From: an uncultured Candidatus Binatia bacterium
GTDB taxonomy: Bacteria > Desulfobacterota > Binatia > UBA9968 > JAJDTQ01
DNA: 64,000 nucleotides
Assembly (NCBI GenBank): GCA_965242525.1
Contig: OZ251459.1
Span: 3,264,001 to 3,328,000 of the forward strand
Reading direction: 5' to 3'
The position numbers and the translations under genes are program-made. The notes below the pieces were generated by a model. The model made no database searches, had not been told where the DNA came from, and saw nothing but the letters and a program-made list of their open reading frames with translations. Below are positions 30,635 through 39,428 of the stretch, piece by piece; position 1 is the stretch's first letter; the number at the start of each line of letters is the position of its first letter.

Positions 30635-31630
30635 TCACCGCGCCGCACCCGCATGATGCGCCGCCAGCGACGCGCACAGCTTGGCCAGACGCCGGCGGAG
30701 ACGGGCGGGCTTCTCCACCGTGACGCTGTTCCCCCAGGTGAACAGGTGCCAGCACATCTCGTCGAGGCCGCCCGCCTCGAAGCGCACCGTCAGCGAGCCG
30801 TCGTCGTTTTCCCGGACGGTCTGGTCCGGATGGAAGAGGAACGCCGAGGCGTCCCGCGCCGCCCTCGCATCGAAGCGCAGCGCCACCTTGACCGGCTTCT
30901 CCTGGAACGTGCCGAACGAACGCTCGGCGTAGCGCTGCAAGTCGAAGGCCGGGTCCCGCTCGAACGTCTCGCCGGTGGTCCGGGCCTCGCTCACGTTGGC
31001 GAGGCGCCACAGCCGCGGCTCCCGGGACCAGTCGGTCCACCCCACCAGGAACGCGCGGTTCCCGTAGAGCAGGCCGCCGGGCCGGACCTGCTGCCGACTC
31101 CGCCGCCCGGTCGATTGGGAGAAATAGCGGAACTCCACCACCCGGCAGGCGGCGATGGCTTCGCGCATGAGGGCGAGCAGGCCCCTGTCCAGGCGCTGCC
31201 TCGGACCGGGGCGCATGGCCAGGCCCTCGGCCTGCATGAGCATTTCGAGGTCGGACTCCACCCGCGCCTGCGTTTCTTCGTGCAGCGTGGCCCGCAGCTT
31301 CGCGGCCAAGTCCCGGAGCAGGGCCGCGCGTTCCTCCAGGCCGGCCCGGTCCAGGGCCGCGGCCGCAGTCTCGACCTCCGCCAACTCCTTGGCCGAGACG
31401 GAGACGAGGCGGCGCAAGGCGCCCGAGCGCAACCGCCAATATACTTTCCTCTCGTCCCTGTCCACGGTGTCCAGCGGCCCGAAGGCCGCATCTACCGCGG
31501 CGCGCCAACGCTCGGCCGTGCGCCGGCTGATGGAAAACTCGGCCTGGATGTCGTCCAGGGTCCATCCGCCGAGGGCCGCCTGGAGACGAACGGCCAAGTC
31601 CAAGATGTCCTTCAGGCGTTCGTAGCGCAT
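30635..31630 (-). CDS. WYL-domain transcriptional regulator (HTH-WYL-WCX)
   Basis: FSISRRTAER HTH; FRY..VRPGGLLYGNRAFLVG..RLWRLANV; FDLQRY; HLFTWG..P..LR. Confidence 0.92.
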   Translation of the reverse strand: MRYERLKDILDLAVRLQAALGGWTLDDIQAEFSISRRTAERWRAAVDAAFGPLDTVDRDERKVYWRLRSGALRRLVSVSAKELAEVETAAAALDRAGLEERAALLRDLAAKLRATLHEETQARVESDLEMLMQAEGLAMRPGPRQRLDRGLLALMREAIAACRVVEFRYFSQSTGRRSRQQVRPGGLLYGNRAFLVGWTDWSREPRLWRLANVSEARTTGETFERDPAFDLQRYAERSFGTFQEKPVKVALRFDARAARDASAFLFHPDQTVRENDDGSLTVRFEAGGLDEMCWHLFTWGNSVTVEKPARLRRRLAKLCASLAAHHAGAAR

Positions 31631-31655
31631 GCCGCGGTCCTCCCTGGTCCATTGG

Positions 31656-31694
31656 CGTCCTTCGACTTCGCTACGCTACGCTCAGGACGAACGG
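31656..31694. repeat. Family A REP core
   Basis: CGTCCTTCGACTTCGCTACGCTACGCTCAGGACGAACGG. Confidence 0.88.
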
Positions 31695-31824
31695 AGGGGG
31701 ATTTTCTCCTTGCTCGCCACAGGTTTATTGCTCACTGCATGTGGTCTCTTGCTCGCTGCACGACTACAGAAAGTTTAGTACACGAAACCCCGCAAACGCC
31801 ATCCCGCCCCGGAGGGGCTGGCCG

Positions 31825-34002
31825 CTAGGGCCGCAGGCCGATGGTGCGGGGGCGGTCCGGCTTGGCGTCGCACTCGGCGCGCAGCATGGCGGCCAGGGTC
31901 TCCGGCTCCCGCAGGCAGTCCAGGACTTCGGCCTTCCGGCGCACCACCGCGAAGTCGCCGGGGGTCAGGACCCCGAGGGCCGCGACTTCCGCCGGGGGAG
32001 TGAGTCCGAAATAGCCCCGGAACGCCGCCTTCGCCTGGTCGGGCGCGAGGTAACCGAGCTTCACCTTGAACACGAAACGCCGCATGGTCGCCGGGTCGAG
32101 ACGCTCGCTGAAGTTGGTGGTGCAGGCGAAGGGCAGGGGATGGCTCTCCATCCAGGTCAGCATCTCGTTCACCAGGCTGACCTCCCAGTTCCTCACCGCG
32201 AAGCGCCGGTCGGAGAGCAGCGAATCGGCCTCGTCGAAGACCAGGAAGGCGCCGGTGTCGAGCGCCTCCGCGAACGCCGCGGCGATCCGTCGTTCGTTCT
32301 CCCCGATAAACGGCGACATGAGGTCCGACGCCCGCTTCTGCAGGACCTCCAGGCCCAGGCGGTCGGCCAGGTAGCGCACGTAAGCGCTCTTTCCCGTGCC
32401 CGGCGGGCCTTGCAGGCAGAGGGAGAAGCGCCGCTCGCCGCTGCGCGCGAGACGGTCCGCGAGTTCCACAGGGTCCGCGTCGGCCTGGATGAGCGCGAGG
32501 TCGTACCGGGCCGGCGTCCCCTGGGGCGGCTTCTCGCACGACATGACCCGGGACAGGCTGCGCACCCCCCGGCGCACCGCGGCCAGGTCGCCGCCGCCGA
32601 GACGCGCGGCCGCGGTGGCTCCGGCCGCCACCCCGGGAGTGGTGGGGAACTCCCGGGCCAGCGCGAGGGCGTCGCCCGGCCCCGCCTCGATGTCGTGGCG
32701 CTCGAGCTGCCGCGCCCAGACCCGCGCCCGCACCCCGGGCGGCGGCAGGCGCAGCTCCAGGGCGAACATCATCCGGCGCAGGACCGCGGGAGTCACCGCC
32801 CGGGCATCGTTGATGGTCCACAGTGTAGGCGCCGGCGCCTCCTCCAGCAGCCGGTTCATGAACACCTTGGACCCGCCGCCGGCCCGGGACCCCCGGGACC
32901 CGACGGGGAACAACCCTCCGAAGATCCCCATACCCGCGGGCGCGTCCGAAAGCAGGTCGTCCATCTCGTCGAAGAGCAGGAGCGACCGACGGCCCCGGGC
33001 GGTCAGGCGCTGGGCGAGCCGGAGCTCTTGCAGCCTCTCGTTGCGGGTAGGCTCGCCGCCGTCTTCGTCCGATTCCCCGACGCTGTGGAGATCCACCCCG
33101 AGCCGCTCGGCCAGCACCTTGCACAACTCGGTCTTGCCGGTCCCCGGAGGACCGTACAGGAGCACGTTCACGCCCGGCGCCCCGGTCTCCAGGGCGCCTC
33201 GGAGCAGCCTCTCCACGTGGTCCCGGTCTTGCGCCAGGTGGTCGAAGTCCGACCATTCGAGTTCGCCCGGGGACGCCTTCCCCAGCAGCAGGCGGTTCAC
33301 GTCCGACCCGGGGCCGCCGGGAAAGGTGGCCAGCCGGTGCAGCCGGTTGACGAGGGTGAGTTCGCCGTCGTCGCCGTCGATGCACACGAGTCCCGACCGG
33401 ACCAGGGGCGCGTCGTCCCGGAGCCGGGCCAGGACCGTGTTGGCCGACACGCCGAGGAGGGCGGCCAGGGCGTACCCCTTGAGGTTGAAGGGGCTCCTCC
33501 TGAGACGAGCGTGCCGGAAGACGCCGTCGATCATGGACTCGATGATGGGCTGGGTGTGGTAGCGCAGCATGAGTTCCAGGATGGCGAGGTCGGTTCGAGA
33601 GAGGCCCACCGTAGTTCCGAGACACCGGAGCCGCTGCGCCGCACGATCCCCTCGCGCGGAACGCGCCGCGGCGCACATGGCCCGCAACGCCTCCACGAGG
33701 CGGCTCCATTGCGTCCCGGTGGGACCGTCCATGCCGTCCGCGAGTTCCCTGAGTTCCTCGGGACCCAGGAAGTCATCGAGGTCCACGGGCCTGCGGCCCA
33801 GATGCGCGAGAGGCGCACGGGACCGCTTCATCTTCCCGCCGGACGCCCCCAACGGCCCCCTCCGGCGCCCGGACGCCGTGCGGCGGTCGTTCTCGGTGAG
33901 CCAATCCACCAACTCCTTGGCTTCCGGGTCACGGTGGTGGATGCGCGAGGCGGCGTTGGCGAGATACTGGAGGATCAGACGTCGTTCGTAGGCGGTCAGC
34001 AT
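31825..34002 (-). CDS. AAA+ ATPase with two nucleotide-binding domains
   Basis: GPPGTGKT/LLFDEMD and GPPGTGKS/LVFDEAD, CTTN..LDPATMRRF; AAGGAG RBS before MLTAYE. Confidence 0.92.
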   Translation of the reverse strand: MLTAYERRLILQYLANAASRIHHRDPEAKELVDWLTENDRRTASGRRRGPLGASGGKMKRSRAPLAHLGRRPVDLDDFLGPEELRELADGMDGPTGTQWSRLVEALRAMCAAARSARGDRAAQRLRCLGTTVGLSRTDLAILELMLRYHTQPIIESMIDGVFRHARLRRSPFNLKGYALAALLGVSANTVLARLRDDAPLVRSGLVCIDGDDGELTLVNRLHRLATFPGGPGSDVNRLLLGKASPGELEWSDFDHLAQDRDHVERLLRGALETGAPGVNVLLYGPPGTGKTELCKVLAERLGVDLHSVGESDEDGGEPTRNERLQELRLAQRLTARGRRSLLLFDEMDDLLSDAPAGMGIFGGLFPVGSRGSRAGGGSKVFMNRLLEEAPAPTLWTINDARAVTPAVLRRMMFALELRLPPPGVRARVWARQLERHDIEAGPGDALALAREFPTTPGVAAGATAAARLGGGDLAAVRRGVRSLSRVMSCEKPPQGTPARYDLALIQADADPVELADRLARSGERRFSLCLQGPPGTGKSAYVRYLADRLGLEVLQKRASDLMSPFIGENERRIAAAFAEALDTGAFLVFDEADSLLSDRRFAVRNWEVSLVNEMLTWMESHPLPFACTTNFSERLDPATMRRFVFKVKLGYLAPDQAKAAFRGYFGLTPPAEVAALGVLTPGDFAVVRRKAEVLDCLREPETLAAMLRAECDAKPDRPRTIGLRP

Positions 34003-34051
34003 GGCTCTCTCCTTGGTTGCGGGTTGTCGATACGGAGAGAGTACCACGCTG

Positions 34052-34072
34052 GTACGTCAGATTCGGACGTAC
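34052..34072. promoter_or_regulatory. Perfect 7-7-7 palindrome, candidate operator
   Basis: GTACGTC-agattcg-GACGTAC ~50 bp upstream of the AAA ATPase start. Confidence 0.55.
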
Positions 34073-34095
34073 TGCCGCGCGGCCATGATTTTTTC

Positions 34096-34272
34096 GACTT
34101 TTCAGGATTCCGTGTACGCAAGGCAGGAGGGAAAGGGGAGCGACAGGAGCCAGGCCGTCATTCCCACCGACGCCCACACCCACGTCATTCCCGCGAAAGC
34201 GGGAATCCATCCGGTTTCATCGCCCTCGTGCACGTCCTTCGACTTCGCTTCGCTACGCTCAGGACGAACGGG
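34096..34272. repeat. Family B left arm (34096-34209) followed by family A core (34234-34272)
   Basis: End motif, GGAGGGAAAGGGGAGCGACA tract, half-repeat, full dRS3-like hairpin, then REP core. Confidence 0.85.
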
Positions 34273-34304
34273 GTAATGAACGGGGCAATCGTCCGGAGTT
34301 TCCC

Positions 34305-35576
34305 TCAGTTCTTCTGGCTGAAGAACGCCTTGGTGCCGCGGGCCTCCACCGCCTGGCCGATCCGTTCGAGGCCGTGGACGTAGGCGGCCGTGCGCAGGTT
34401 GACGGCCTTGTCCTTGGCCAAGTCCCATATGCGGCGGGTTTCGGGTTCGAGGCCGGCCTTGAGCTTGGAGTGGATATCTTCCACCGGCCAGTAGTAGCCG
34501 GTCTTGTTCTGCACCCACTCGAAATAGGACACGGTGACGCCGCCCGAGTTGGCCAGGATGTCGGGGACCACGGTCACGCCGTTCCGGTCGAGGATGGCGT
34601 CGGCCGCGGGGGTCACCGGCCCGTTGGCGAGTTCCAGGATGACCGGCGCCTTGACGTTGGCGGCGTTGGCCTCGGTGATCTGGTTCTCCACCGCCGCGGG
34701 GATCAGCACGTCGCACTCGGCCTCCAGCAACTCGGCGTTGTCCAGTTGGCGCGAGACGCCGCGGGTCGGCGCGCCCGTGAGACCCCGGTTGCGGGTCTTG
34801 TGGTCCATGACCGCGTAGGGGTCCATGCCGTCGGGGTCGTAGATGGCCGACGCGGAATCCGAGAGCCCGACGATCCGGTAGCCTTCGTCGTGGAGCAGGC
34901 GCGCGCAGTGGTACGACGCGTTGCCGAACCCCTGGAGGACCACCCGCGATTTCTCCGGGCTGACCCCGAGTTCGGCTTGCAGGTGGCGGAGCACGTAGTA
35001 GCCGCCGCGCCCGGTGGCGTCGTCGCGTCCCAGGGAGCCGCCCAGGGCCACCGGCTTGCCGGTGATGATGGCCGGGGTCGGGTGTCCGGTGATGGTGCTG
35101 TATTCGTCGGCCATCCAGGCCATGACGATGCCGTTGGTGTACATGTCGGGGGCGGGTATGTCGCGTTCGGGTCCGATGAAGCGCGAGAACCCTTCCACGT
35201 AGGACCGGCTCAGGCGCTCCAACTCGGCCCGGGACAGCGTCTTCACGTCCACCGCCACGCCGCCCTTGGCGCCGCCGAAGGGCAGGTTGGCGACCGCGCA
35301 CTTGAACGTCATCCAGAACGCCAGCGTCATCACCTCGTCCACGTTGACCGCGGGGTGGAACCGGATGCCGCCCTTGGTGGGGCCGCGGGTGTCGTCGTAG
35401 CGGCACCGCCACGCCTTGAACGCCTTGCGCGAGCCGTCGTCCATGCGGACCAGCAGGGTCGCGGCCAGGGTCTCTTTCGGATACCGGAGCTGCTCGATCA
35501 CCTCGCGCTCGATGTCGAGGTAACGCGCAGCGTCGTCGAGGCGCTCCCGCGCCGTGGAGAAAAGATCGGTGGCCAT
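34305..35576 (-). CDS. gdhA: Glu/Leu/Phe/Val dehydrogenase (glutamate dehydrogenase)
   Basis: GPTKGGIRFHP, PFGGAKGG, DIPAPD, QGFGN, ELANGP, ANSGGVTVSYFEWVQN. Confidence 0.93.
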   Translation of the reverse strand: MATDLFSTARERLDDAARYLDIEREVIEQLRYPKETLAATLLVRMDDGSRKAFKAWRCRYDDTRGPTKGGIRFHPAVNVDEVMTLAFWMTFKCAVANLPFGGAKGGVAVDVKTLSRAELERLSRSYVEGFSRFIGPERDIPAPDMYTNGIVMAWMADEYSTITGHPTPAIITGKPVALGGSLGRDDATGRGGYYVLRHLQAELGVSPEKSRVVLQGFGNASYHCARLLHDEGYRIVGLSDSASAIYDPDGMDPYAVMDHKTRNRGLTGAPTRGVSRQLDNAELLEAECDVLIPAAVENQITEANAANVKAPVILELANGPVTPAADAILDRNGVTVVPDILANSGGVTVSYFEWVQNKTGYYWPVEDIHSKLKAGLEPETRRIWDLAKDKAVNLRTAAYVHGLERIGQAVEARGTKAFFSQKN

Positions 35577-35615
35577 GGGAATGCCCCCCTGTCCCGGTGG
35601 GAGAAGGAAAGGCGA

Positions 35616-37346
35616 CTAAGGTTCTTCGTACTCCGCGCCGAACGCACCGATGATGCGCAGGGCATCGTTCGCGTCCGCAGCGGTGGACCCGGTGAACGTC
35701 CCCGCAGCCCAATATACCGTAGAGCCGCCCCCGAGGATCCGGACGCTCCAGTTGCCGGCCAGACTGCGATCTCCCGCTGTGCCGCCGGTACTGCCTCGGA
35801 AGATGACGTCGCTGCCGGGTATGGTCGCGCCATTGTTGTTGTTCAAGTTCAACGTCCAATCGCCGAGGGATTCCCCGTTCTCCATGAAATCGGTGACGCT
35901 TCCGCTCATGGAGACGTTGCCGCCGCCGGCGTTCCTGAGCTGGATGACGGTACTTGCGGTGAAGGAGCCCACCTCTGCGCTTTCCAGCATACGATCGCCG
36001 CCCGAGCCGCTGTAGCGGGCCGTCGTATAGAGACCGGTCGCCGGACCTTCGTACCGGGCCGTCAGGGCGAAAGTATTGACCCCGAGCCTGGCCCACCGGG
36101 TCCATGAGCTGCCGGTCGCGAAGACTCCCAGGTTGTACTCGGTACTGGCGGCGTCGGGGTCCTCGGGCAACGCCAGCCATGACCCGATGAGCAGGTAGTG
36201 GTTTCGGAAGGCAAGAGTCGGGTCAGGCTCCTTGATGTTCGAATGGACCACCGCGCGCACGGTCTTTCCGCCAGGGACGTCCTTGCCCAGTGCGGCGCCG
36301 TTCCAACCCGTTCCAAGGCTGGGGACCCCACGAGGACCGTCAACCGGGAGCCGGCCGGGGTTCGCGCCCAATTCGCTGGGGTCGAGGCTGCTGAACGCCG
36401 TGGTTCCCAACTCCAGCCCCAACGTCGGCGCGGGGCCGGCGGTCCAGCTTGCGGACGGCGTCACCGACGGCTCGGTGGCCAGAGTGCTGTGCACCTGGAC
36501 GCCGGCCCTTCCCGCGGAACCCGTGGTGGTGAGCATGGAGTTGAGGACGCCGCCCGTCAGCAGCCTCCCTTCGAGACCTCTGGCGTGGGCTCCGTCCGAA
36601 GTCCCGTCGGGACCGTTGTTGGCCTGCCAGACCAACTCGTTGCTCGTGGTCATGACGTAGAGCATGCCGCCCGTCGCTTCGGCCGTGTCGTACTCCCCAA
36701 CCGTGACCACGACGCAGTCTTCGCCGTCGAACGGGCACACGAGGGCAGAGCTCCTGCTCCTGGAATAGCCCGTTATCTCCAGGCTCTCGCCCGCAGGGAT
36801 GGTCGTGCCCGCAGTCAGCGTATGGCCGATCGGCAGGTACAGGGTGGTGTACGTCGCGACCGTGGGCGCACCGCCCGTGGATTCGGCGCCGTCCGCGGTA
36901 AGGGTGACCACGCAGTCTTCGCCGTCGGGCGGACACGCGACCTCCGTCCTCGTGTCGAAGGTTCGGTGAACCGTCCGTCTCTCGCCCGCCGGGATCGTGC
37001 CCGCCATCAGCGTGTGGCCACTGGGCAGCCCCTCTATGGGTGCGTAGGTCACGACCGTGGGCGTGCCGCCCGTCGATTGGGCGGCCCCGTCCGGCCCAAC
37101 GGTCACCACGCAGTCCGGGCCGTCGGCCGGGCAGGTGACCTCCGTCCTCGTGCCGTCGGCGTTCCGAACCGTCCTCGTCCTACCCGCAGGGATGGCGCCC
37201 GGCTCCAGCATACTGCTCCCGGGCAGTCCCTCGATGGTCATCGGCGTGGGCGGTGCAGCGGTCTTGCCGCCGCCGCAGCCGGCGAGGGCCGCGATCATCA
37301 GGACGCTTGCAAGGATCGACACGGAGTGGGCCATGGCTCGTCTCAT
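35616..37346 (-). CDS. Surface lipoprotein with three ~65-aa Cys-pair repeats and TbpB-like barrel
   Basis: LAGC lipobox; CPxDGxDCVV three times; C-terminal AGTF..IGAFGA. Confidence 0.8.
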   Translation of the reverse strand: MRRAMAHSVSILASVLMIAALAGCGGGKTAAPPTPMTIEGLPGSSMLEPGAIPAGRTRTVRNADGTRTEVTCPADGPDCVVTVGPDGAAQSTGGTPTVVTYAPIEGLPSGHTLMAGTIPAGERRTVHRTFDTRTEVACPPDGEDCVVTLTADGAESTGGAPTVATYTTLYLPIGHTLTAGTTIPAGESLEITGYSRSRSSALVCPFDGEDCVVVTVGEYDTAEATGGMLYVMTTSNELVWQANNGPDGTSDGAHARGLEGRLLTGGVLNSMLTTTGSAGRAGVQVHSTLATEPSVTPSASWTAGPAPTLGLELGTTAFSSLDPSELGANPGRLPVDGPRGVPSLGTGWNGAALGKDVPGGKTVRAVVHSNIKEPDPTLAFRNHYLLIGSWLALPEDPDAASTEYNLGVFATGSSWTRWARLGVNTFALTARYEGPATGLYTTARYSGSGGDRMLESAEVGSFTASTVIQLRNAGGGNVSMSGSVTDFMENGESLGDWTLNLNNNNGATIPGSDVIFRGSTGGTAGDRSLAGNWSVRILGGGSTVYWAAGTFTGSTAADANDALRIIGAFGAEYEEP

Positions 37347-37461
37347 GTGAAGCCTCCTCTCAGGTCAACCCGAAGTTCCCGGGGTCGAACGGGGGCGTAC
37401 CCTCCCCAACCCGTCGAGACTTCTACACCAGGTTCCGGCGCGCTGACAAGGTCTGATTTTG

Positions 37462-37602
37462 GGAACCTCTGAACAATCGAGACATCCGGGATGGATTCCC
37501 GATTCCCTCACCCTGACGCCCCTATCCCCGTTCGTCCTGAGCGTAGCGAAGCGAAGTCGAAGGACGTTCTCATGCTCTCTGTCCCGATTGTTCAGGGTTT
37601 CC
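37462..37602. mobile_element. Family A MITE, full 141-bp copy
   Basis: GGAACCTCTGAACAATCGAGACA...TGTCCCGATTGTTCAGGGTTTCC. Confidence 0.9.
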
Positions 37603-37848
37603 TTTGGGGCGTTCGCGAGTGGTGTAGTCGTCGGCGATTGCATGGCCGCCGGGAGGACGAGGAGGGCGTTCGCTTCTCCCTTGGCGATGGGTCCGGGCCT
37701 GCGGCATCCCTTGACTTTCCCGTTTTTTTCTTCCATCTTCCCGGTCGGTTGAAGCAGGCCATCCGGGATAAACGGGGCATTCGCGTCGAGGGACGGGAAG
37801 CCGTCCCGTCGAAGATGGACAGGGTATTGCGAAATCGGGAGGTGAGCC

Positions 37849-39294
37849 ATGAGTAAAGTTCCGTCGGACCGCGCCAACGAGTCCGCCAGCGCGCCGGTTG
37901 CCCCGCTTCTGGCGGGAGACGCCGAACCCATGATCCAGGGCGCGCCGGAGCACCGCTCCGAGCGCTACAAGGCGCTTTCGGCCAAGCACCTCGACGAGAT
38001 ACCCCAACTGGCGAGGCTTTCCAGCGACGACCGGTTCGCCATGCGGGTGGTCGCCAACGTCCTGCCCTTCCGCTCCAACCGGTACGTCATCGACAACCTC
38101 ATCGACTGGGACCGGGTGCCCGACGACCCCATCTACCAGTTGACCTTTCCCCAGCAGGGCATGCTCAAGGAAACCGACTTCGCGCAGATGGCGGACCTGA
38201 TGCGGCGCGAGGCTTCGGCCAGCGAGATCAAGGCCTGCGCCACCGAGATCCGCGACCGGCTCAACCCCCACCCCGCGGGCCAGCGGGAGTTGAACATCCC
38301 CCAGTCCGGGGACGGGTCGCTGGAAGGCATCCAGCACAAGTACCGCGAAACCGTGCTGTTCTTCCCCAGCCAGGGGCAGACCTGCCACGCCTATTGCACC
38401 TTCTGCTTCCGCTGGGCCCAGTTCGTGGGCGACAACACCCTCAAGATCGTGGCCAAGGAAGCCGACGGCCTTCACGATTACCTGGCCGCGCATCCTGACG
38501 TCTCCGACCTCCTGGTGACGGGCGGCGACCCCATGATCATGAAGACGAGCGTGTTCGCCCACTACCTGCTTCCGCTGGTGGAGGACCCGAAACTCGCCCA
38601 CGTGCAGAACATTCGCATCGGCACCAAGGCCCTGACGTTCTGGCCCAACCGGTTCGTCAAGGACGAAGATGCCGACGAGATGTTGCGGGTGCTGGAAAAG
38701 ATCGTGAAGGCGGGCAGGCACGTGGCCATCATGGCCCACTTCAACCACTGGCAGGAGTTGCGCACCGACCTCGCCAAGGAGGCCATCCGCCGCCTGCGCG
38801 ACGCCGGCGCGGTCATCCGCTGCCAGGCGCCGCTCCTCGCCCACATCAACGACTCGTCGGACGTGTGGGTGCGCATGTGGGAGGAAGAGGTCCGCTTGGG
38901 GATGGTGCCCTACTACATGTTCGTGGAGCGCGACACCGGCGCGCGCAACTACTTCGAGGTGCCCCTGGAAAGGACCTGCCAGATCTTCAGGGAGGCGGTC
39001 AGCCACGTGTCCGGCCTTGCCCGCACCGTGCGAGGCCCGAGCATGAGCGCGACCCCCGGCAAGATCGAGGTCCAGGACGTGCAGGAGATCGAAGGCGAGA
39101 AGGTCTTCATCCTCCGGTTCCTCCAGGGCCGCAACCCGGACTGGGTGGGACGCCCCTTCTACGCCGCCTACGACCCCAAGGCCACTTGGTTCGACCAGTT
39201 GAAGCCCGCCCACGGCAAGGACCGCTTCTTCTTCTCCGACGAGTTCGACGCCATAGTCCAGGGCAAGTGGCCCACCACGCAGACGCGGCACTAA
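37849..39294 (+). CDS. KamA-family radical SAM protein (lysine 2,3-aminomutase-like)
   Basis: QHKYRETVLFFP, CHAYCTFCFR, VTGGDP, IRIGTK, HFNH, PYYMF. Confidence 0.9.
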   Translation: MSKVPSDRANESASAPVAPLLAGDAEPMIQGAPEHRSERYKALSAKHLDEIPQLARLSSDDRFAMRVVANVLPFRSNRYVIDNLIDWDRVPDDPIYQLTFPQQGMLKETDFAQMADLMRREASASEIKACATEIRDRLNPHPAGQRELNIPQSGDGSLEGIQHKYRETVLFFPSQGQTCHAYCTFCFRWAQFVGDNTLKIVAKEADGLHDYLAAHPDVSDLLVTGGDPMIMKTSVFAHYLLPLVEDPKLAHVQNIRIGTKALTFWPNRFVKDEDADEMLRVLEKIVKAGRHVAIMAHFNHWQELRTDLAKEAIRRLRDAGAVIRCQAPLLAHINDSSDVWVRMWEEEVRLGMVPYYMFVERDTGARNYFEVPLERTCQIFREAVSHVSGLARTVRGPSMSATPGKIEVQDVQEIEGEKVFILRFLQGRNPDWVGRPFYAAYDPKATWFDQLKPAHGKDRFFFSDEFDAIVQGKWPTTQTRH

Positions 39295-39342
39295 CGGCCG
39301 GTGCGGCGGAACGGGCCGCGTCCTTCGACCCGGAGAAACGCG

Positions 39343-39399
39343 GGTAACGCGGAACCGGGCGGCGCCGTTGAGCGGTGTTCGCCCGGTTCCGCGTTTACC
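39343..39399 (+). terminator. Long stem-loop downstream of the KamA-like gene
   Basis: GGTAACGCGGAACCGGGC...GCCCGGTTCCGCGTTTACC. Confidence 0.55.
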
Positions 39400-39428
39400 G
39401 TTTGCCGGAATGGATTGGACACTTTTGT

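Noticed and set aside
31741-34383. 880-aa plus-strand ORF and similar long antisense ORFs (12170-14428, 43431-45548, 37570-39558, 46276-48189)
   Set aside because: Antisense shadows of well-supported genes, expected in high-GC DNA; no motifs.
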